A stretch of DNA of 50,512 nt from Roseivivax sp. (lineage in GTDB: Bacteria; Pseudomonadota; Alphaproteobacteria; Rhodobacterales; Rhodobacteraceae): NCBI GenBank assembly GCA_020441125.1, contig JAGRMT010000119.1, forward strand, positions 3,846 through 54,357, given 5' to 3'. The stretch's first letter is position 1; each line of letters starts with the position of its first letter. Below, piece after piece: positions 10,163 through 18,180 of the stretch. A model generated the notes under the pieces. The model had not been told where the DNA came from. It saw nothing but the letters and a program-made list of their open reading frames with translations, and made no database searches. The translations under genes were made by a program, and so were the position numbers.

Positions 10163-10190
10163 GGCCGGCGCCCTGCAAGGGGCGCCGGCC
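10163..10190 (+). repeat. GC-rich intercistronic hairpin after the SBP gene
   Basis: GGCCGGCGCCC-TGCAAG-GGGCGCCGGCC, 11-bp stem. Confidence 0.5.
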
Positions 10191-10231
10191 AACCGCAGGC
10201 ACCGTGCAACCGCTAACCGGGAGGGGCGGCC

Positions 10232-11110
10232 ATGTCCGAATTCATCCAACTTCTCATTTCTGGGCTTTCGGCCGGGTCGATCTATGCCCTGGCCGCCGTC
10301 GGCTTCACGTTGCTGTGGCAGGCGTCGCAGACGATCAACTTCGCCCAGGGCGAGTTTGTCATGGTACCGGCGTTCTTCGTGCTGGCGCTGTCGGTCAAGT
10401 TGGGGCTGCCGATCTGGCTGGCGATGCCGCTGACGGTGATCCTGTCGGTGCTGCTGCTGGGCGCGCTGTTCAAGAAGCTGATCGTCGAGCCGATGCACAA
10501 GCACGGCACGATCCCGCTGGTCATCGCCACCATCGCGCTGGGCCTGCTGATCAAGGAGATGGTCAAGGAATTCTATTCACCCCTCGGACAGCCGTTTCCC
10601 AGCCTGTTCCCTCAAACCGTGCTGACGGTGGGTGACGCTGTGATCTCGGTGCCGGACATCGCCAATTTCGTTATCGCCATGGGCACGATCGTGGCGTTGC
10701 AGCTGTTCCTGGGGCGCACGCGCACCGGCCGGTCGATGCAAGCCACGGCGCAAAATCCGGACGTGGCGCAAATTCTCGGCGTCGATATCCAGCGGATGGT
10801 GATGTACACCTTCCTGATCAATGGCGCGCTGGCGGCCATTGCCTCGATCCTGATCACACCGATCTACCTGGCCAAGTTCTCCAACGGTGAGACGCTTGGC
10901 CTTGTCGCCTTCATCGCGGCTATCGTCGGCGGCTTCAACCAGATCCGCGGCGCCCTGGTGGGTGGGCTGCTGATCGGGGTGATCGACAACATGTCCGCCA
11001 CCTATTTCTCGGCCGAATACCGGCAGGCGCTGCCGATGATCCTGCTGATCGTCATCATTCTTGTCCGGCCGCAAGGCTTGCTGGGCACCTCGGAGGGCCG
11101 CACGGTATGA
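10232..11110 (+). CDS. livH: Branched-chain amino acid type ABC transporter permease
   Basis: GSIYALAAVGFTL, INFAQGEF, RTRTGRSMQATAQN, RPQGLLG. Confidence 0.88.
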   Translation: MSEFIQLLISGLSAGSIYALAAVGFTLLWQASQTINFAQGEFVMVPAFFVLALSVKLGLPIWLAMPLTVILSVLLLGALFKKLIVEPMHKHGTIPLVIATIALGLLIKEMVKEFYSPLGQPFPSLFPQTVLTVGDAVISVPDIANFVIAMGTIVALQLFLGRTRTGRSMQATAQNPDVAQILGVDIQRMVMYTFLINGALAAIASILITPIYLAKFSNGETLGLVAFIAAIVGGFNQIRGALVGGLLIGVIDNMSATYFSAEYRQALPMILLIVIILVRPQGLLGTSEGRTV

Positions 11111-12081
11111 GCCGCAAACACATCTTATTTGCCGCGATCGCGCTGCTGCTGCTGATCTTCGTGCCGATGGGGCAGAAGAACTACATCATCTACGTGCTGA
11201 CCTCGTGGCTGATGTTCTCCATCGCCGCGATGGGGCTGAACCTGACGCTGGGCTATGCCGGCCAGATCAGCCTGGCGCAGGCCAGCTTCATGGGGATCGG
11301 CGCCTATATCACCGCGCTGGTGACGCTGGCGGGCTATCACTGGGTTCTGGGCTGGATCGCGGCCATGGGCGCGACCTTCGTCATCGGTCTGTTGCTGGGC
11401 TATCCGGCGCTGCGGGTGCAGCACCATTTCCTGGCGTTCGTGACGCTGGCCTTCAACACGCTGGTGTTCCTGGTGCTGCGCAACGAGGAGTGGCTGACCG
11501 GCGGCTCGCACGGGCTGGTCGGGATGCCGCGACCCGATTTCTTTGGCATCTCCACCGGCAAGAACCTGGAATTCTACTACTTCGTGCTGGTCCTGTTCGT
11601 GATCTCGGCGCTGGTCTTCTCCTGGATCGTGCATTCGCCCTGGGGGCGTGCGTTCAAGGCGCTGCGCGAGAACCCGGTGCGGGCGGAAAGCCTGGGCGTG
11701 GACACCCGGCGCATCACCCTGCTGGCCTTTGCCATCGGCTCTGCCTTCGGTGGCGGGGCGGGGGCGATCATGACGCCGCTGGTCCAGTTCATCGAACCGG
11801 GTTCCTTCGGCCTCATCCACTCGCTGAAGATCCTGCTGATGGTCGTGGTCGGCGGCGCGGGCTTCTATTACGGCCCGATGCTGGGTGCGGCGGTGGTGAT
11901 CCTGCTGCCCGAGTTGCTGCGGTTCACCGAGGGCTATTACCTGATGATCTACGCGGCGATGGTGATCGTGCTGATGGTCTATTCGCCCGGCGGCCTGATC
12001 GGGCTGGGGCACAAGATCATGGCCCGTGTCAGGCCGAAAAAGGAAGTCCGCAAGGACATGGCAAAGGGGGCGCAGCTGTGA
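11107..12081 (+). CDS. livM: Branched-chain amino acid type ABC transporter permease
   Basis: GLNLTLGYAGQISL, SPWGRAFKALREN, MVVVGG, PELLR. Confidence 0.88.
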   Translation: MSRKHILFAAIALLLLIFVPMGQKNYIIYVLTSWLMFSIAAMGLNLTLGYAGQISLAQASFMGIGAYITALVTLAGYHWVLGWIAAMGATFVIGLLLGYPALRVQHHFLAFVTLAFNTLVFLVLRNEEWLTGGSHGLVGMPRPDFFGISTGKNLEFYYFVLVLFVISALVFSWIVHSPWGRAFKALRENPVRAESLGVDTRRITLLAFAIGSAFGGGAGAIMTPLVQFIEPGSFGLIHSLKILLMVVVGGAGFYYGPMLGAAVVILLPELLRFTEGYYLMIYAAMVIVLMVYSPGGLIGLGHKIMARVRPKKEVRKDMAKGAQL

Positions 12082-12824
12082 CCGAGACCGTGCTTTCCGT
12101 CAATCACATCTCCAAGTCCTTCGGCGGCATCCACGCGGTGCGGGACGTGTCCTTCGAGGTGTCCCGCGGCGAGGTGCTGGGCCTGATCGGGCCCAACGGC
12201 TCGGGCAAGTCGACGCTGTTCAACTGCGTGCTGGGCCAGCTGCGGCCCGACAAGGGCGACGTGCATATCAACGGCCACCGGGTGGCCAACATGCGCGCCT
12301 CGCATCTGAACAAGCTGGGCGTAGGCCGCACCTTTCAGCAGCTGTCGGTGTTCCCGCAGATGTCGGTGCTGGACAACATCATCCTGGCCGGACAGGAGCA
12401 TCACGGAACCATGGCCAGCCGGCTGTTCGGCCCGTCCGATGCGGGGCTGACCGAAGAGGCGGATCGAATGATCGCGTTCTTCCGGCTGGAGCACCTGCGC
12501 GACGAGATGGCCGGCAGCCTGTCCTATGGCCAGCAGAAGCTGGTCGACGCGGCGATGGCCTTCATGGCCGGACCGTCGCTGGTGCTGCTGGACGAGCCGG
12601 CGGGCGGGGTGAACCTGACCATGCTGGCCAACCTCAAGGAAAGGCTGGAGACCTACAATCGCGAGCACGACACCACCTTCGTGGTGATCGAGCACAACAT
12701 GGAATTCGTGATGTCGCTGTGCACGCGCATCATCGTGCTGGCCGAAGGCGCGATCATCGCCGAGGGGACACCGGAGGAAATCCGGTCGAACCAACAGGTG
12801 ATCGATGCGTATCTGGGGGGCTGA
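12078..12824 (+). CDS. livG: ABC transporter ATP-binding protein
   Basis: GTG start overlaps the livM stop. Walker A GPNGSGKST, LSYGQQK, LLDEPAGG, EHNM, VIDAYLG. Confidence 0.88.
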   Translation: MTETVLSVNHISKSFGGIHAVRDVSFEVSRGEVLGLIGPNGSGKSTLFNCVLGQLRPDKGDVHINGHRVANMRASHLNKLGVGRTFQQLSVFPQMSVLDNIILAGQEHHGTMASRLFGPSDAGLTEEADRMIAFFRLEHLRDEMAGSLSYGQQKLVDAAMAFMAGPSLVLLDEPAGGVNLTMLANLKERLETYNREHDTTFVVIEHNMEFVMSLCTRIIVLAEGAIIAEGTPEEIRSNQQVIDAYLGG

Positions 12825-12825
12825 A

Positions 12826-13554
12826 ATGCTGGAGTTGAAGGATATCTACGGCGGCTACGGCAAGATCACGATCCTGAACGGAACCAGCTTCTCGATCCCG
12901 CGGGCGTCGATCACCACGGTGATCGGGCCCAACGGCGCGGGCAAGTCCACCGTGTTCAAGGCGATCTTCGGCCTGCTGAACATCCATTCGGGTGCGATCC
13001 TGCTGGATGGCAAGGACGTCACGCGCAAGTCGCCCAAGGAGATGATCGCCGAGGGCGTCACCTATGTGCCGCAGGGGCGCAACGTGGTGCCGCAGCTTTC
13101 GGTCTATCACAACCTCGAACTGGGCGGGATCACCGCGCGCGACCAGTCGATGGTCAAGCGCCGGATCGAAACGGTGATGGACCAGTTTCCGATGCTGCGC
13201 CAGTTCAAGGACCGCAAGGCGATCGAGCTTTCGGGCGGACAGCAGAAACAGCTTGAGGTGGCTCGTGCCTTGCTGCTCGACCCCAAGCTGATCCTGATCG
13301 ACGAGCCGTCGATCGGGCTGTCGCCTAACCTCGTGCAAGAGGTGTTCCGCACGTTGCAGGCGCTGCGCGATCAGGGCGTGACGATCCTGATGGTGGAGCA
13401 GAACGCCAAGGCGGCGCTGGCGATGTCGGACTACGGGCTGGTGCTGGAGCTGGGCCAGACCCGGATGCACGACCGGGCCGACACATTGCTGGCCGATCCC
13501 AAGGTCGGCCACCTGTTCCTGGGTGGGCATATCGACGAGGAAGAAGAGGCATGA
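12826..13554 (+). CDS. livF: ABC transporter ATP-binding protein
   Basis: GPNGAGKST, LSGGQQKQ, LIDEPSIGLSP, VEQNA. Confidence 0.88.
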   Translation: MLELKDIYGGYGKITILNGTSFSIPRASITTVIGPNGAGKSTVFKAIFGLLNIHSGAILLDGKDVTRKSPKEMIAEGVTYVPQGRNVVPQLSVYHNLELGGITARDQSMVKRRIETVMDQFPMLRQFKDRKAIELSGGQQKQLEVARALLLDPKLILIDEPSIGLSPNLVQEVFRTLQALRDQGVTILMVEQNAKAALAMSDYGLVLELGQTRMHDRADTLLADPKVGHLFLGGHIDEEEEA

Positions 13555-13985
13555 CCGGCCCCGCCGTTCACGTTCTGAACGGCCCCAACCTGAACCTGCT
13601 GGGCCAGCGAGAGCCGCATATCTACGGTGCGACCACGCTGGCCGAGGTAGAACAGATGTGCCGCGACGCGGCGCAGGGGCCGTTGGTTTTTGCCCAGACC
13701 AACCACGAGGGCGTGATGATCGACATGATCCACGCCGCGCGGGGCAGCGCGGCCGGGATCGTGATCAACCCGGCCGGATGGACGTTCCGCTCCATCGCCA
13801 TCGTCGATGCGCTGAAGGCTTTCGCCGGGCCGATCATCGAGCTGCACATTTCCAACGTGCATGCGCGTGATCCGATCTATCACCACTCGCTGGTTTCGCC
13901 CGTGGCCACGGCGGTGATCTGCGGGCTGGGTGCGCGCGGCTATCGGGTGGCGATGCAGGCGATGTATGGGCTGCTGACGGGCTGA
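13551..13985 (+). CDS. aroQ: Type II 3-dehydroquinate dehydratase-like protein (divergent)
   Basis: LNGPNLNLLGQREPHIYG, QTNHEG, INPAG, ELHISNVHAR, ICGLGARGY. Confidence 0.88.
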   Translation: MTGPAVHVLNGPNLNLLGQREPHIYGATTLAEVEQMCRDAAQGPLVFAQTNHEGVMIDMIHAARGSAAGIVINPAGWTFRSIAIVDALKAFAGPIIELHISNVHARDPIYHHSLVSPVATAVICGLGARGYRVAMQAMYGLLTG

Positions 13986-13994
13986 TCGCGGCGC

Positions 13995-14030
13995 TTGCAC
14001 GGCATCGCAATTGTCTACTATGATAGCACG
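13995..14030 (+). promoter_or_regulatory. Sigma70-like promoter (TTGCAC-N18-TATGAT), probably leaderless, overlapped by an operator-like box
   Basis: The -10 element ends 6 nt before ATG 14031 and there is no SD. Box TTGTCTACTATGATAG resembles TTGTCTAACATAGTGG at 14618. Confidence 0.45.
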
Positions 14031-14594
14031 ATGACGCAAGATGGCCTGGACCAGAGGATTGGCGCCCGGATCAGGGCGGAACGCGAAAGCCGCGGCTGGT
14101 CGCTGACCGATCTGGCCGAGCGGGCGGCCGTGTCTCGGGCGATGATCCACAAGGTGGAGCGCGGCGCCAGCAGCCCCACGGCAAACCTGCTGGGCAAGCT
14201 GTCGGGCGCCTTCGGGCTGAGCATGTCAACCTTGCTGGCGCGGGCCGAGGCGGCCAGCGGCCATTTGCACCGCAAGGCTGATCAGCCGCTGTGGACGGAC
14301 CCGGAAACCGGCTATTTGCGCCGACAGGTGTCTCCACGATCGGATATGCCGCTGGATCTGGTAGAGGTGAGCCTTCCCGCCGGCGCGGTGGTGCCGATGC
14401 CGGCCTCCGCCTTTGCCTTCATCAGGCAGCTGATCTGGGTGCTTGAGGGCGAACTCGTCTTTGTCGAAGGGTCGGTGCGGCACGCGCTGGGTGCGGGCGA
14501 TTGCCTGCGTCTGGGTCCGCCGGCCGATTGCGTGTTCCGCAATGAAAGCGCGCAGCCCTGTTTGTATGCGGTGATCGTGTTGCGTGACGTCTGA
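14031..14594 (+). CDS. XRE family HTH transcriptional regulator with C-terminal cupin
   Basis: RGWSLTDLAERAAVSRAMIHKVERGASSPT; DPETGYLRRQVSP; cupin WVLEG...LGAGDCL. Confidence 0.9.
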   Translation: MTQDGLDQRIGARIRAERESRGWSLTDLAERAAVSRAMIHKVERGASSPTANLLGKLSGAFGLSMSTLLARAEAASGHLHRKADQPLWTDPETGYLRRQVSPRSDMPLDLVEVSLPAGAVVPMPASAFAFIRQLIWVLEGELVFVEGSVRHALGAGDCLRLGPPADCVFRNESAQPCLYAVIVLRDV

Positions 14595-14671
14595 CGGCGC
14601 AGCGACTCATTGACGGGTTGTCTAACATAGTGGATTTTCGGATCACGATATTCACAGCCAAGGGGGCCGCC

Positions 14672-15199
14672 GTGCTGATCCGCGACGCAGAAGACCATGA
14701 CCTGACCGGGATCATGGAGATCTACAACGATGCCGTCGCGCATACGACGGCAATCTGGAACGAAACCATTGTCGATCTGGCCAATCGGCAGGCCTGGCTG
14801 AACGACCGCCGTCGCGCCGGCTATCCGGTTCTGGTGGCGGTGGACGCGGCAGACCGGGTGCTGGGTTATGCCTCTTTCGGCGACTGGCGCGCTTTCGACG
14901 GGTACCGCCACACGGTCGAGCATTCGGTCTATGTCCGCGCAAACCAGCGCGGCGCGGGTATCGGCAAGGCGCTGATGCTGGCGCTGATCGACCGGGCGCG
15001 CGGCATCGGCAAGCATGTGATGGTTGCGGGGATCGAGGCGGGCAACGCCGCGTCGATCGCACTGCACGAACAGCTCGGGTTCGAGCGCGCCGGGCTGTTG
15101 CGGCAAGTCGGTACCAAGTTCGGCGGCTGGCTCGACCTGGCCTTCCTGCAACTGATGCTGGATGCACGCAGCGACCCGGACGGGCAGGGCGGGCGATGA
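14672..15199 (+). CDS. GNAT N-acetyltransferase, phosphinothricin/methionine sulfoximine (MnaT/YncA-like)
   Basis: IYNDAVAHTTAIWNE, GYASFGDWRAFDGYRHTVEHSVYV, NAASIALH, VGTKFGGWLDL. Confidence 0.9.
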   Translation: MLIRDAEDHDLTGIMEIYNDAVAHTTAIWNETIVDLANRQAWLNDRRRAGYPVLVAVDAADRVLGYASFGDWRAFDGYRHTVEHSVYVRANQRGAGIGKALMLALIDRARGIGKHVMVAGIEAGNAASIALHEQLGFERAGLLRQVGTKFGGWLDLAFLQLMLDARSDPDGQGGR

Positions 15200-15651
15200 C
15201 ACCTCTGGGCACGTTGGGCTTGCTGGTCACCGCCGGGGCGGCGCTGGTGGCGCAGAACCTGCTGATGGCGCGGATCACCGGCATGGCCGGGTCGGTGCTG
15301 GTGGCGCTGGTGGTCAATGCGGCGGTGGGGCTGACCCTGCTGTCAGTCCTGTTGCTGGCCCGCGGCGGCATGTCCGGGCTGGCAGAGGCCACGGGCCTGC
15401 TGCGCTGGTGGTTCCTGATCCCGGGGCTGCTGGGGTCGTATTTCGTCTTCGCTTCGATCACCGGGTACCGGCAGCTAGGAGCGGCGCCGACCATTGCCGT
15501 GCTGGTGGCCAGCCAACTGTTGTTCGGTCTTGTCTGGGACATCGCCCGCACCGAGGCGCTGACGCTGCGGGCCGTCGTTTCCTCGGCGCTGGGCGTGGCG
15601 CTGCTGATTGGCGGGGCGGTGGTGATCGTGACCCGTCCCGGCTGGCACTAG
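15196..15651 (+). CDS. DMT family transporter (YdcZ-like)
   Basis: Small multi-TM protein; LVAQN, WWFLIPGLLGSYFVF, VASQLLFGLVWD. ATGA-coupled to the GNAT. Confidence 0.8.
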   Translation: MTPLGTLGLLVTAGAALVAQNLLMARITGMAGSVLVALVVNAAVGLTLLSVLLLARGGMSGLAEATGLLRWWFLIPGLLGSYFVFASITGYRQLGAAPTIAVLVASQLLFGLVWDIARTEALTLRAVVSSALGVALLIGGAVVIVTRPGWH

Positions 15652-15659
15652 GCGGGCAG

Positions 15660-16583
15660 TCAGTATTTCAGGCCAGTGTCGCACAGCACCGTGGCCACGG
15701 TGGCACCCGGACCCAGCCGGCCCGAGCCCAGCAACCGGGACGCGGCACAGACATTCGCCGCCGCCGAATAGCCAACGTAAAGCCCTTCGCGCACCGCCAG
15801 GCGGCGGCGCCATTGCTCAACCTCGGCATCGCTGACCGCCAGGCTGAGGTCCATCAACGACGGGTCCCAATGCGGCGGCACCAGCCCATAGCCGGTGCCC
15901 TGCACGATGTGCCGCGCCTTGGTCACAGGCTTGCCCGCCAGCGGTTCGCAGCCCAAGGGCTCTACCGCGGCGCAGACCGTGGCCGGGTTGGCCGCCTTGA
16001 GCGCCCGCGCCACGCCCAGGAAGGTGCAGCCCGTGCCCACCGCCGCGACCCAGCCATCCACCGGGCCGCCGTACTGACGCAGGATCTCTGCGCCTGTCGT
16101 CCGCTGATGCGCGGTGATCCCCTCGGCGGCGTTGAACTGGTCTACGTAGAAGCCGCCCTCGTCCTGGGCGATACGAACCGCTTCTTCTGCGGCGGCGGCG
16201 ACATCGGCGCCGGTCACCTGGCCGGGGCTGCCATCGACCTGGGCCACCAGCACCACCTTCGCGCCCAGGCCCTCCATCATGCGGGCGCGGGCCGGGCTGT
16301 TGCCGGCGGACATCGCGGCGATGAACGGATGACCCAGCGCGGCGCAGACCACGGCCAGACCGGCGCCCATGTTGCCGCTTGTCATCTCGACCACCGGCAT
16401 TCCGGGCCGCAGCCGGCCGTCCGCCCGCGCGGCCAGAACGATCGCCCGTGCGGCGCGGTCCTTCACGCTGCCGCCCGGTTGCAGGAATTCGGCCTTGGCC
16501 ACGATCCGGCCTGGCCCGTCATGGGCGCGGTCCAGCGCCACCAGGGGCGTGCCGCCGATCAGATCAAGGGTCGAGGCGTGCAT
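15660..16583 (-). CDS. PLP-dependent cysteine synthase family protein
   Basis: IGGTPLV, KAEFLQPGGSVKDR (PLP Lys), TSGNMG, VGTGCT, LCDTGLKY. Confidence 0.88.
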   Translation of the reverse strand: MHASTLDLIGGTPLVALDRAHDGPGRIVAKAEFLQPGGSVKDRAARAIVLAARADGRLRPGMPVVEMTSGNMGAGLAVVCAALGHPFIAAMSAGNSPARARMMEGLGAKVVLVAQVDGSPGQVTGADVAAAAEEAVRIAQDEGGFYVDQFNAAEGITAHQRTTGAEILRQYGGPVDGWVAAVGTGCTFLGVARALKAANPATVCAAVEPLGCEPLAGKPVTKARHIVQGTGYGLVPPHWDPSLMDLSLAVSDAEVEQWRRRLAVREGLYVGYSAAANVCAASRLLGSGRLGPGATVATVLCDTGLKY

Positions 16584-16664
16584 GGCGCTGTCCTGCTGAT
16601 GTCGCGTTGCGACCCGGTTTAGCGGCAAACCGGGCTGGCGGCAAAGGATCGGACCCCTGCCGCC

Positions 16665-17405
16665 CTATGTCGCGTCACCGAAATCGCCGAATGCCGCCCA
16701 GCCGCCGTCAACGCTAAGGGTTACGCCGGTGATTGCGCTGGCTGCCGGAGAGGCGAGGAACCAGATCGCCTCGGCGATCTCGGCCGGTTCGATCAGCCGG
16801 CCCATCGGCACGCGGCGGCGGATCGCGTCCAGGTCAATGCGCCCGGCGTCGACCAGTTTCTGCACCAGCGCGGTGCGGGCATAGCCCGGGGCGACGGCAT
16901 TCACGCGCACCCCCGCGCCGGCCCATTCGCAGGCCAGCGACCGGGTCATCATCGACACCCCCGCCTTGGCCGCGCCATAGGCGTTGCGGCGCGGCAGGCC
17001 GACGACCCCGGCGATAGAGGACAGGTTGACGATGGCCCCGCCGCCCTGCGCGATCATCTGCCGGCCGGCTTCGCGCGCCATCAGGAAGGCACCGGCCAGA
17101 TGTACGTCCAGCACGCGGCGGAAGCTGTCGATTTGCTGTTCGGTGCTGGGCAGGTGCGTGTCGCCGATACCGGCGTTGTTCACCAGCACGTCGATCCGGC
17201 CCAGCGCGGCGAAGGCGGCAATGACGGCGCCCTCATCGGTGACATCCAGGGTGATGCCCTGGTGCGCGGGGCCCAGCTCGGCGGCGCGGGCCTGGGCACC
17301 CGACAGATCAGCGATCACGACGCGGTTGCCCCGGGCGGCGAACAGCCGCGCGGTCGCCCAGCCGATCCCCTCGGCCCCGCCGGTGATCAGCACGGTTCTA
17401 GTCAT
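16665..17405 (-). CDS. Short-chain dehydrogenase/reductase
   Basis: TGGAEGIG, NNAG, YGAAK, RVNAVAPG, VDGG. Confidence 0.9.
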   Translation of the reverse strand: MTRTVLITGGAEGIGWATARLFAARGNRVVIADLSGAQARAAELGPAHQGITLDVTDEGAVIAAFAALGRIDVLVNNAGIGDTHLPSTEQQIDSFRRVLDVHLAGAFLMAREAGRQMIAQGGGAIVNLSSIAGVVGLPRRNAYGAAKAGVSMMTRSLACEWAGAGVRVNAVAPGYARTALVQKLVDAGRIDLDAIRRRVPMGRLIEPAEIAEAIWFLASPAASAITGVTLSVDGGWAAFGDFGDAT

Positions 17406-18180
17406 TCGAATAGCCCGGACGCGGGACATGGCTCATAAGGCTCTGGCCATAGCCGCCGTCGACGATCACCTCTTGCCCGCTGATATAACCGGCCCGGTCG
17501 GAAGCAAAGAACAGCACCGCGTCGGCGATATCCTCCACCCGGCCGATCCGGCGCAGGGGCACAACCCGTTCCCGCGCGGCCTTGATCTTGGCGTCGGCAT
17601 AGAACGCCTCGGACAGCGGAGTGCGCACCAGCCCGGGCGACACGACATTCGAGCGCACGCCGCGCGGGCCCCATTCGAAGGCCAGCTGCCGTGACAACAT
17701 CGACACCGCCGCCTTGGAGGCCGAATAGGCGTTGGAGAACGCCTGCTGGTGGTTGCCGGAAATCGAGCCGACATGTACCAAAGACCCGGCGCCGCGCTCC
17801 AGCATCGGCGCGCCAAAGGTCTGCGCGCAGCGCAGGTAGCCGGTCAGGTTGACGTCGAGCATCCGCTGCCACGACGCGATATCGACCGTGTCCAGCGCGC
17901 CGGGGCTAAGGAAGGCGGCGTTGTTCACCAGCACCGACGCCTGACCAAGCGCGGCCGTCACAGCGGTGGCGGCATCGGCGATGGCGGCGGCATCGGTCAC
18001 ATCGCAGGCCACGGGCAGAGCGCCGATTTCCTCGGCTGTGGCGCTGACGGTCTTGGCGTTCAGGTCGAGCAAGGCAACCCGGGCGCCGGCCTGCACGAAG
18101 GCCGATGCGATGGCCTTGCCGATGCCGCCGCCTGCGCCGGTGACAACAACCGTCTTGTCCTCAAGTCCAAGCCAGCTCAT
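17398..18180 (-). CDS. Short-chain dehydrogenase/reductase
   Basis: TGAGGGIG, NNAA, YSASK, VRSNVVSPG, VDGG. Confidence 0.9.
   Translation of the reverse strand: MSWLGLEDKTVVVTGAGGGIGKAIASAFVQAGARVALLDLNAKTVSATAEEIGALPVACDVTDAAAIADAATAVTAALGQASVLVNNAAFLSPGALDTVDIASWQRMLDVNLTGYLRCAQTFGAPMLERGAGSLVHVGSISGNHQQAFSNAYSASKAAVSMLSRQLAFEWGPRGVRSNVVSPGLVRTPLSEAFYADAKIKAARERVVPLRRIGRVEDIADAVLFFASDRAGYISGQEVIVDGGYGQSLMSHVPRPGYSND

Noticed and set aside
11061-12077. Long N-terminal extension making LivG 587 aa
   Set aside because: Off-frame overlap with livM. The real start is GTG 12078.
15162-16622. 486-aa plus-strand ORF
   Set aside because: Off-frame or antisense to the DMT and cysteine synthase genes. 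Low-complexity Arg/Gly/Ala content.
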